In this document: positions 16,819 to 24,813 of the stretch, one piece after another
Layout of the letters: every line of letters starts with the position of its first letter
Position numbering within the stretch: position 1 is the first letter of the stretch
DNA from: Haloferula sp.
Lineage (GTDB): Bacteria; Verrucomicrobiota; Verrucomicrobiia; Verrucomicrobiales; Akkermansiaceae
Direction: 5' to 3'
Assembly: GCA_044372775.1 (NCBI GenBank)
Contig: JBIPNO010000006.1
Span: 60,207 to 124,206 of the forward strand
Length of the DNA: 64,000 nt
Position numbers and translations under genes: made by a program
Notes under the pieces: generated by a model
The model's database searches: none
Told to the model about the DNA's origin: nothing
Seen by the model: the letters and a program-made list of their open reading frames with translations, nothing else

Positions 16819-18317
16819 TTTTACGCGATCTCATCGCCTCTTTAAACCGCCCGCTTGCCGTGGGCCCGCTCGACGTCGAGATCCTCGCCGTCACGGCGGA
16901 CTCGCGCCTGGTCGAACCCGGCACCGCCTTCGTGGCGATCCGCGGCGACGACCGCGACGGCCGGATGTTCATCCCGATGGCCCTGGAAAACGGAGCCTCC
17001 GTGATCGTTTCCGACAGCGCCGCCGAGACCGGGCATCCGGAGGACGTGCCCTACATCCAGGTCGGCGATGTCCGCCACGCGCTCGCCGCCTTGGCCCGTG
17101 CCCTCGCCGGCGAGCCGTCGAAAAAGCTCAAGCTGGCCGGCGTCACCGGCACCAACGGCAAGACCACCACCGCGTTCCTGCTCCATCACCTGATGAAGCG
17201 CGTCTGGCACCGCGCCGGCCTGCTCGGCACCGTGCTGGTCGACGATGGCGAGGAGTCCAAGCCCACCACCTTCACCACGCCCGGCCCGGTCGAACTCAAC
17301 CGCCTGCTGGCCCGCATGGCCGACCACGGCTGCCGCGGCGCGGCGATGGAAGTGTCGTCCCACGGCATCGACCAGAAGCGGATCGACGGCATCGCCTTCG
17401 ACGTCGCGATCTTCACCAATCTCACCCAGGACCACCTCGACTACCACGGCACGCTCGACGCTTATGCCGCGACCAAGTTCTCGTGGTTCGAGTCGCTTGC
17501 CGCCGATCCGCTCGGCAAGAAGCCGGTCGCCGTGGTGAATCTCGACGACGGCCATGGCGAGAAGCTGGTGGCGCTGCTCGGTGGCGGCCTGCCGATCCTC
17601 CGATACGGCTTCAACGTCCACTGCGACTTCCGCGCGAACAACTTCAAGCAGAACGCCCGCGGCATGGAGTTCGAACTCACCGCCAAGGGGAAGAACTATC
17701 TGGTCCGCGCGCCCTTGATCGGCCGCTTCAACGTTTACAATTTGCTCGCCGCGCTCGCCGCCGCCAGCGCGCTGAAGATCCCGCTGCGCGATGCCGTGGC
17801 CGCGCTGGCCGATGCCCCGCAGGTCCCCGGCCGGATGGAACTCTGCGGCGCCCGCGATGGCGTCACGGTGTTCGTCGACTACGCCCACACTCCGGACGCC
17901 CTGGAAAATGTCTGCCGCACGCTCAAGGAGCTGAAGCCCAACCGCCTCATCACCGTCTTCGGCTGCGGCGGCGACCGCGACAAGACCAAGCGCCCGCTGA
18001 TGGGCAAGGCGGCATCCGAGCTGAGCGACGTTTGCATCCTGACCTCCGACAACCCCCGTAGCGAGGAACCCGAAGCCATTCTCAAGGACATCGAGGCCGG
18101 CATGACCGGTGCGCGATACAAGACGGTGGTCGACCGCACCGAAGCGATCCGCATCGCGATCCACGCCGCCAGCAAGGGTGACATCGTGCTGATCGCCGGC
18201 AAGGGCCACGAAACCTACCAGCAGTTCGCCGACCGCACCATCGACTTCGACGACCGCCGCGAAGCCCGCCGCGCCCTCGACGAACGCCCCGAAGAACCGC
18301 AACGCAACAAGCGATGA
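16815..18317 (+). CDS. murE: UDP-MurNAc-tripeptide synthetase MurE
   Basis: GVTGTNGKTTT, MEVSSHG, FTNLTQDHLDYH, VDYAHTPDALE, VFGCGGDRD, SDNPRSE (DNPR suggests meso-DAP), LIAGKGHETYQ. Confidence 0.95.
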   Translation: MILRDLIASLNRPLAVGPLDVEILAVTADSRLVEPGTAFVAIRGDDRDGRMFIPMALENGASVIVSDSAAETGHPEDVPYIQVGDVRHALAALARALAGEPSKKLKLAGVTGTNGKTTTAFLLHHLMKRVWHRAGLLGTVLVDDGEESKPTTFTTPGPVELNRLLARMADHGCRGAAMEVSSHGIDQKRIDGIAFDVAIFTNLTQDHLDYHGTLDAYAATKFSWFESLAADPLGKKPVAVVNLDDGHGEKLVALLGGGLPILRYGFNVHCDFRANNFKQNARGMEFELTAKGKNYLVRAPLIGRFNVYNLLAALAAASALKIPLRDAVAALADAPQVPGRMELCGARDGVTVFVDYAHTPDALENVCRTLKELKPNRLITVFGCGGDRDKTKRPLMGKAASELSDVCILTSDNPRSEEPEAILKDIEAGMTGARYKTVVDRTEAIRIAIHAASKGDIVLIAGKGHETYQQFADRTIDFDDRREARRALDERPEEPQRNKR

Positions 18318-19681
18318 ACCCGATCGACGCCAGCACCCTGGCCCGACATGCCGGAGGCGAACTCGCCGCCGGCCGGGGCAGCGTGTTCGCGAATGCGGTC
18401 TCGACCGACACCCGGAGCATTCCCGCCGGCTCGGTCTTCTTCGCCCTGCGCGGCGAACGCTTCGATGCGAACGACTTCGCCGCCGCGGCCATCGTCGCCG
18501 GAGCCTCGATCGTCGTGGTCGAACGCTGGGACGGCGATTGCCCGGACCACGCCGCCGTTGTGAAGGTCGCCGACAGCCTGTCCGCGCTCCAGCGCTTCGC
18601 CGCCTGGTACCGCCGCCAGCGCGAGCTGCCGGTCGTCGGGATCACCGGCTCGAACGGCAAGACCAGCACCAAGGATTTCACCGCCGCCGTGCTCGGCCGC
18701 GCCTATTCCGTCTGCGCGACCCGCGGCAATCTCAACAACCACATCGGCGTGCCGCTCAGCGTCCTTTCGCTGGAGGATCACCATGGTGCCGCGGTCATCG
18801 AAATGGGCATGAACCACGCCGGCGAGATCGCCCCGCTGTGCGAGATCGCCAAGCCGAACCTCGGCATCATCACCAACATCGGCACCGCCCATATCGAGTT
18901 TCTGGGCACCCGCGAGGCGATCGCCGAAGAGAAAGGGGCGCTGGCCCGCTTCCTGCGGGAAGACGGGGCCTTGTTCGTGACCGCCGGCTGCGATTTCCAC
19001 GACTACTTCAAACGTCGTACCAAGGCGCGCGTCATCACCGTGGGCAACGGCCGCGGCGCGGTCCGGGCCGAAAATCTCCAGCAGGAGGACGGCCGCTCGA
19101 CCTTCACGCTGGTGATCGACGGTGCCCCGTCCGCCCGGGTCGACCTGCCGGTCACCGGCCGCCACATGGTGAACAACGCCCTGCTCGCCGCCGCCGCCGG
19201 CTGGTTCCTCGGGATGGCACCGGAAGTGATCGCGGCGGGACTCTCCTCCACCGAGCTGACCAGCGGCCGGATGCGCCGCTACACGTCGGGCGGGATCACG
19301 GTGTTCGACGATACCTACAACGCCAATCTCGAGTCGATGACCGCGGCGATCGACACCTTGGCCGAAACGCCGGTGCGAAACGGCAGCGGCCGCCGCTTCG
19401 TCGTGCTCGGCCGGATGGGCGAACTGGGGATTCACGGCCCCGAAGCGCACCTCAAGGTCGGACGCCTCGCCGCGGCACGCGGGCTGCACGTCATCGCCGT
19501 GGGTGATGGCTCCGAAGGCATCGCCGAAGGGGCCGGCAACGCCGAACATTTCCCCGACGGTGCCGCCGCCGCCGCTTGGCTGACCGGCCACGTCAAGGCG
19601 GGCGACGTGGTCCTTTTCAAAGCCAGCCGCAGCGCGGCGATCGAGCGCGTGATGAACGAGGCATTTCCTTCCCAAGACTGA
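18314..19681 (+). CDS. murF: UDP-MurNAc-pentapeptide ligase MurF
   Basis: GITGSNGKTSTKD, GNLNNHIGVPLS, EMGMNHAGEI, DDTYNAN, VLFKASRS. Confidence 0.95.
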   Translation: MNPIDASTLARHAGGELAAGRGSVFANAVSTDTRSIPAGSVFFALRGERFDANDFAAAAIVAGASIVVVERWDGDCPDHAAVVKVADSLSALQRFAAWYRRQRELPVVGITGSNGKTSTKDFTAAVLGRAYSVCATRGNLNNHIGVPLSVLSLEDHHGAAVIEMGMNHAGEIAPLCEIAKPNLGIITNIGTAHIEFLGTREAIAEEKGALARFLREDGALFVTAGCDFHDYFKRRTKARVITVGNGRGAVRAENLQQEDGRSTFTLVIDGAPSARVDLPVTGRHMVNNALLAAAAGWFLGMAPEVIAAGLSSTELTSGRMRRYTSGGITVFDDTYNANLESMTAAIDTLAETPVRNGSGRRFVVLGRMGELGIHGPEAHLKVGRLAAARGLHVIAVGDGSEGIAEGAGNAEHFPDGAAAAAWLTGHVKAGDVVLFKASRSAAIERVMNEAFPSQD

Positions 19682-20904
19682 TGCTCTATCTGATTTACGA
19701 ATGGTGGCAGGCGGCCTTCGACGCCGAGAAAGCAAGAGGCGTCCAGGAATGGGCGCACACCTTCAGCTTTTTCAACCTGCTGCAGTACATCACCTTCCGC
19801 GCCGCCGTCGGTTGCCTGCTCGCGTTCTTCCTCAGCATCGTGGCCGGCCCGCGGGTGATCCGCCGCCTGATCTCGCTGAAAGTCGGCCAGCCGATCCGCA
19901 CCGCCGCCGAAGTCCACAAGCTCGCCGAACTCCACGGCGGGAAAGTCGGCACCCCGACCATGGGCGGCGTGCTGATCATCGGCTCGGTGTTGATCGCCAC
20001 GCTGGTCTGCGCCCGGCCGCTGAATCCTTTCGTCGCCGTCTGCGCCTGCACCATGACCGCGCTCGGCCTGCTCGGCTTCTGCGACGACTACAAGAAGGTG
20101 AAGCAGAAGAAATCCGACGGCGTCAGCGCGCGGACCAAGCTGTTCTGGCAACTCGTGGTCGCGGTGATCGCCGGTTGCTTCATCTACTTCAAGAAGGAGA
20201 TCTCCGGCTTCGGCGCGACGCCGGAAGAACTGCAGAAGGGCTTCGCCGGCTTCCGCCTCGGCAGCGATCCGATCGGCATCGGTTCGATCTGTTTCCCGCT
20301 GACCAGCGCCCCCAAAGCGCCCATCATCGACCTCGGTTGGCTGTGCATCCCGTTCTTCGCCATGGTTATCATCGGCTGCTCGAACGCGGTGAACCTGACC
20401 GACGGCCTCGACGGCCTCGCCACCGGCTGCACCATCACTGTCGCGCTGGCCTACGGCATCCTCGCCTATCTCGCCGGCCACTTTTACATGGCCACCGACT
20501 ACCTGGTCATTCCGCACAACCGCTTCGTCGGAGAACTCACCGTCTTCGTGCTCGCCCTCGCCGGCGCGGGCTTCGGTTTCCTCTGGTTCAACTGCCACCC
20601 GGCCAAGGTCTTCATGGGCGACACCGGCTCGCTGGCCATCGGCGGCGCTCTCGGCACCGCGGCGATCTGCGTGAAGCAGGAACTGCTGCTCGTCATCATC
20701 GGAGGTGTCTTCGTGATGGAGGCGCTCTCGGTGATGCTCCAGGTCGGCAGCTTCAAGCTCCGCAAAAAACGCATCTTCGCGATGGCCCCCATCCACCACC
20801 ACTTCGAACTCCGCGGCTGGCATGAAAGCCAGGTGATCATCCGTTTCTGGATCATCTCCATCATGCTCGCCCTCGCCGGTCTCGCCCTTCTCAAAATCGC
20901 CTGA
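19681..20904 (+). CDS. mraY: Phospho-N-acetylmuramoyl-pentapeptide transferase MraY
   Basis: KVGTPTMGG, FCDDYKK, SNAVNLTDGLDGLA, VFMGDTGSLAIG, MAPIHHHFEL; ATG 19681 overlaps the murF stop. Confidence 0.95.
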   Translation: MLYLIYEWWQAAFDAEKARGVQEWAHTFSFFNLLQYITFRAAVGCLLAFFLSIVAGPRVIRRLISLKVGQPIRTAAEVHKLAELHGGKVGTPTMGGVLIIGSVLIATLVCARPLNPFVAVCACTMTALGLLGFCDDYKKVKQKKSDGVSARTKLFWQLVVAVIAGCFIYFKKEISGFGATPEELQKGFAGFRLGSDPIGIGSICFPLTSAPKAPIIDLGWLCIPFFAMVIIGCSNAVNLTDGLDGLATGCTITVALAYGILAYLAGHFYMATDYLVIPHNRFVGELTVFVLALAGAGFGFLWFNCHPAKVFMGDTGSLAIGGALGTAAICVKQELLLVIIGGVFVMEALSVMLQVGSFKLRKKRIFAMAPIHHHFELRGWHESQVIIRFWIISIMLALAGLALLKIA

Positions 20905-22208
20905 TGAGCCTCGCTGGAAAAACCGTCGTTGTCCTCGGAGCCGGCCGTAGCGGCCGCGCCGCCGCCGCGCTCGCGCTGCGCGAAGGCGCGACCGTGCACG
21001 CCCACGACGCCGCCGACAGCATCGGCGGCATGCCGGACGGCACGCTGCTCCACCCGTCCGCCGACGAAGCGAGCGGCCGCGCCACCGCCTGCGACCTGCT
21101 GGTGGTGAGCCCGGGCATCGACACCTACGGACCGCTGGTCGCCGCCTACTCCGCGGGAGCCGGCCAGGTGATCGGCGAGACCGAGTTCGCCTCCCGCTAC
21201 TACAAAGGTCGTATCATCGGGATCACCGGCACCAACGGCAAGACGACGACCACCGAGCTGGTCGAGCGGATCCTCCGCGCCGGCGGCTACGACGCCGCGC
21301 CCTGCGGCAATTACGGCGTGCCCCTCAGCGAGGTCGTCATGCGCGATCCCGTGCCGACCGCCCTTTCGCTGGAGCTCAGCTCGTTCCAACTCGAGACCAT
21401 CGTCACCCTCCGCCCCGACGTCTCGATCTGGCTGAACTTCGCGCCCGACCACATGGACCGCTACCCGACGGTCGAGTCCTATTTTCACGCGAAGCTCCGC
21501 ATCTTCGAAAACCAGAACGCCGCCGACACCGCGGTCATCCGCGCCGGCGAGAAGCTGCCGCCGATCCAGCCCCGCGTCGTGACCTTCTCGACCGAGGACG
21601 CCTCCGCCGACTGGTTCTCCGACGGCCGCATCATCACCCGCAAGGGCGAGACGGTGCTCGACCTCGAAGCCTCGACCCGGATGCGCGGTTTGCACAATGC
21701 GGAGAACGCCATGGCCGCGATCGCCGCCTGCGAGGCGCTCGGCATTCCCGTCGATGTCGCGGGCAAGGCGCTCGATGGCTACGCGCCGCCACTCCACCGC
21801 TGCGAGCTGGTCCGCACGCTCGACGGCGTCGAATACCTCAACGATTCCAAGGCTACCAACCTGCACGCCTTGGAAAGCGCGCTCCGTTCGCAGACCCGCC
21901 CGGTTGTGTTGATCGCCGGCGGCAAAGAGAAGGGTCTCGACTACGCGCCGGTGGTCCCGCTGCTCGAGAAGAAAGCCGTCGCCGCCGTGACCTACGGCCA
22001 GATCGCCGTGCCGTTGGCCGCGGTGTTTTCCGCGGCCGTGCCGGTTGAGCAAGTCACCACGCTCGCCGAGGCCATCGCCGCCGCCCGCCGTCTCGCGCCG
22101 CGTGGCGCCACCGTCCTGCTCTCTCCTGGCACCTCCTCTTTCGATCAATTCTCCGGCTATGAACAGCGCGGGGATGTCTTCCGTGAACTCGTTCTCAACC
22201 TTCGCTGA
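20904..22208 (+). CDS. murD: UDP-MurNAc-L-Ala:D-Glu ligase MurD
   Basis: VVLGAGRSG, VVSPGI, GITGTNGKTTTT, LELSSFQLE, NFAPDHMDRY, LNDSKATN, LLSPGTSSFDQF. Confidence 0.95.
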   Translation: MSLAGKTVVVLGAGRSGRAAAALALREGATVHAHDAADSIGGMPDGTLLHPSADEASGRATACDLLVVSPGIDTYGPLVAAYSAGAGQVIGETEFASRYYKGRIIGITGTNGKTTTTELVERILRAGGYDAAPCGNYGVPLSEVVMRDPVPTALSLELSSFQLETIVTLRPDVSIWLNFAPDHMDRYPTVESYFHAKLRIFENQNAADTAVIRAGEKLPPIQPRVVTFSTEDASADWFSDGRIITRKGETVLDLEASTRMRGLHNAENAMAAIAACEALGIPVDVAGKALDGYAPPLHRCELVRTLDGVEYLNDSKATNLHALESALRSQTRPVVLIAGGKEKGLDYAPVVPLLEKKAVAAVTYGQIAVPLAAVFSAAVPVEQVTTLAEAIAAARRLAPRGATVLLSPGTSSFDQFSGYEQRGDVFRELVLNLR

Positions 22209-22217
22209 TTTGCACTC

Positions 22218-23057
22218 ATGAAACTGTCCAGCTTGTCCGTCAAACGCCGCCCGGTGAAGAAGGGCGCCTTCCGTACCTTGTTCGCCAACGTCGCGCGCAA
22301 GAAGCACCGCGCCGCCACCGCCGCCGCGCCGATGCCCGAGATGGAAGGCGACGTGCCGAACCTCGGGATCGCCCGCGCTTTGGTCGTCATCCTGATCATC
22401 CACGTCGTCGCCATCGCCGGCATCTTCGCCCACAGCCACTTCTTCGAAGGTGACGCCGCCAAGGCCGCGGCCGCGGAACCGGAGCTGCTGGAGCCCGTCA
22501 AGCAACAGCCCAAGGCCGACAAGCTCCCGCAGATCGCCGTCGGCGAGGACTTCCATGTCGTCAGGACCGGCGACACCTACGAGAAGATCGCGATGGCCAA
22601 GGGCGTCGAGGTCGCCGATCTCCAGGCGGCCAACAACCACGCCTCCTTGGAAGCCGACCTGATCCTCCGCATTCCGGCCCGCACCTTCGTCGCGTCCGAG
22701 CCCGAGGAACTGACCCGCCTCCGCCAGGGCAGCGTGGTGCTGGAAAGCCCGGTCGAAATCGCCGACACCCTGCCGGCCGATGAACTCCGCAGCGCGCCGA
22801 TGGTCGAGACCGAAGCCGCCGCGCAGCTCGTCCGCCCGAACGTGACCCGCGACGTGGAAGCCGGCCGTCCGGTCGAGCAAGCCGGTGCCGCCGCCGCCAC
22901 CTCGCCCTCCGCAGGGACCAAATACACCGTCAAGAACGGCGACACCTTCTGGAAGATCGCGAAGAACAACGGCACCACTCCGGAAGCCGTGATGAAGGCC
23001 AACCGCATCACCGACCCGCGGAAGCTCCGCCCCGGCATGCAGTTGGTCATTCCTTGA
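22218..23057 (+). CDS. Membrane-anchored protein with two LysM peptidoglycan-binding domains
   Basis: One TM helix; HVVRTGDTYEKIAMAKGVEVADLQAAN and KYTVKNGDTFWKIAKNNGTTPEAVMKANRITDPRKLRPGMQLVIP. Confidence 0.85.
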   Translation: MKLSSLSVKRRPVKKGAFRTLFANVARKKHRAATAAAPMPEMEGDVPNLGIARALVVILIIHVVAIAGIFAHSHFFEGDAAKAAAAEPELLEPVKQQPKADKLPQIAVGEDFHVVRTGDTYEKIAMAKGVEVADLQAANNHASLEADLILRIPARTFVASEPEELTRLRQGSVVLESPVEIADTLPADELRSAPMVETEAAAQLVRPNVTRDVEAGRPVEQAGAAAATSPSAGTKYTVKNGDTFWKIAKNNGTTPEAVMKANRITDPRKLRPGMQLVIP

Positions 23058-23087
23058 ACATTCCCGTTTCCCCATCCCCCCACCGTC

Positions 23088-24236
23088 ATGAACCGCAGCG
23101 CCTCCATCATCCTTTGCACCGCCGTCGCCGCCCTGGTGACGCTCGGCCTCATCATGCTGGCCAGCACCAGCGCCTGGGTGAAGAACGTGGAGGACCCGTA
23201 TTACTTCCTGACCCGCCAGGGCTGGATGGTCGGCGTGGGATTGATCGGTGCCTGCCTGCTCGCGCGGCTGGATCCCATCTGGCTGCGCCGCGGCTGGCCC
23301 TGGGCGCTCGCCGGAGCCTGCGTGCTGCTCGCTCTCTGCTTCGTGCCCGGCGTCGGCGTCGAGATCTTCGGGTCCAAGCGCTGGATCAAGTTGCCGGGAA
23401 TCGGCCAATTCCAGCCGTCGGAGCTGGCGAAGATGGTCGGCGTCATCGCCCTCGCCGGTTGGTTCGCCCGCTGGCAGACGGAAACCCACACCTTCTGGCG
23501 GGGCTTCGTGCTGCCCGGCATGATCATCGGCCTGCCGCTCGGCCTGATCGCGATCGAGACCGATGTCGGCTCCGCCCTCGCGCTGGCCGTCACCGCCGGG
23601 GCGATCTTCTTCTGCGTCGGCACCCGCCTCATCTACATGGTGCCCGTCGCGGTGGCCGGCATGGTCGGCGCGGCGATGTTCATCCACTCCAACGAGAACC
23701 GCTGGTCGCGCATCGTCGCCTGGCTGAACCTCGAGGACCCCGTCCACCAGCTCGGCAAGGGCATGCAGCAGTGGCGCGCCCTGCTCGCCTTCGGCAACGG
23801 CGGCCCGATGGGCGTCGGTCTTGGCAACGGCTCGGAGAAATTCGGCACGCTGACCTTCGCCCACATCGACTTCATCTTTCCGGTCGTCGGCGAGGAACTC
23901 GGCCTGCCTTTCACTCTCGGCACCGTCCTTTGTTATGTCCTGATCGCCGTCAGCGGCTGCTCGATCGCCGTCCAGGCCTCGAATCTCTTCGACCGTTGCC
24001 TCGCCCTCGGCCTGACCTGCGTGATCGTGGTTCCGGCGATGGTCAACATCGCCGTCACCACCGCCGTCCTGCCGAACGACGGCCTGCCGCTGCCCTTCGT
24101 CAGCTTCGGCGGCACCAGCCTGGTCTTCTCGCTCGGCGCGGTCGGCCTGCTCTGCGGCATCCACCGCCGCTCCCGCGTCACCGACGAGCGGCCCATGCCG
24201 GTGGCCGGAGTGAAGTCGTACGCGGTGAAGCTGTAG
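23088..24236 (+). CDS. ftsW: SEDS peptidoglycan polymerase FtsW
   Basis: GSKRWIKL...FQPSELAK, HIDFIFPVVGEELG, GLPLPFVSFGGTSL; polytopic; dcw position. Confidence 0.9.
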   Translation: MNRSASIILCTAVAALVTLGLIMLASTSAWVKNVEDPYYFLTRQGWMVGVGLIGACLLARLDPIWLRRGWPWALAGACVLLALCFVPGVGVEIFGSKRWIKLPGIGQFQPSELAKMVGVIALAGWFARWQTETHTFWRGFVLPGMIIGLPLGLIAIETDVGSALALAVTAGAIFFCVGTRLIYMVPVAVAGMVGAAMFIHSNENRWSRIVAWLNLEDPVHQLGKGMQQWRALLAFGNGGPMGVGLGNGSEKFGTLTFAHIDFIFPVVGEELGLPFTLGTVLCYVLIAVSGCSIAVQASNLFDRCLALGLTCVIVVPAMVNIAVTTAVLPNDGLPLPFVSFGGTSLVFSLGAVGLLCGIHRRSRVTDERPMPVAGVKSYAVKL

Positions 24237-24260
24237 GCGCGGACCGCTCCTGCGGTGCGG

Positions 24261-24638
24261 CTAATGGAACTTGCCGCCGATGAATTCCACCAGCCGTTCG
24301 TCGCTCATCTTGTTGGAGGTGCATTCCCGGGCCGCGGTGTTCTTGAACTGCGGCGTTTCGGCCAGGTAGCGGAGGAACTGCTCCTGGGCGGTGCCGGTGC
24401 CGGTCACGTGGACCTCTTCGGCGTTCGTCATGAAACCGGCGATCTTCTTGAAGAACTGTTGAAGCTGGGTCTTCTCCTGATTGTGGGCGATGTTCTCGTT
24501 CGAATTGCCGCCGGCCGCCGGATTTTCGGCATGGCCGAGGACGGAGAATTCGCTGCCGGGCGCGTCGGCGCGGCCCACGATCGTGGCGTGGCGGGTATCC
24601 ATCCAAACGCCGAACTGTTTCTTGTGATTGACTGACAT
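24261..24638 (-). CDS. Small eRF1-domain-2/AtsE-like hypothetical protein
   Basis: ATG 24638 gives MSVNHKKQFGVWMDTRHATIV...QFFKKIAGFMTNAEEVHVTGTGTAQEQFLRYL; GVWMD and V.G.G.A motifs typical of this fold family. Confidence 0.6.
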   Translation of the reverse strand: MSVNHKKQFGVWMDTRHATIVGRADAPGSEFSVLGHAENPAAGGNSNENIAHNQEKTQLQQFFKKIAGFMTNAEEVHVTGTGTAQEQFLRYLAETPQFKNTAARECTSNKMSDERLVEFIGGKFH

Positions 24639-24813
24639 CCGGTGACCTGCGGCCGGACCGGCCGAATAGCGAATGATCTTTTTCGCAATCGCGGCGACCC
24701 GGGTCCGCTCCGGGCTTGACGGATCCGGTTGCGATCGCCCCGGTCCGATCTCATGTTCCCGCCGGGGCGCATGAAAGACATCGCCCTTCCGCCGCGTCCA
24801 ACAGGTCGAACTC

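Noticed and set aside
14632-24164. Long minus-strand ORFs over the dcw cluster (706, 486, 506, 463 and 1221 aa)
   Set aside because: Antisense to clearly identified genes; no recognisable domains.
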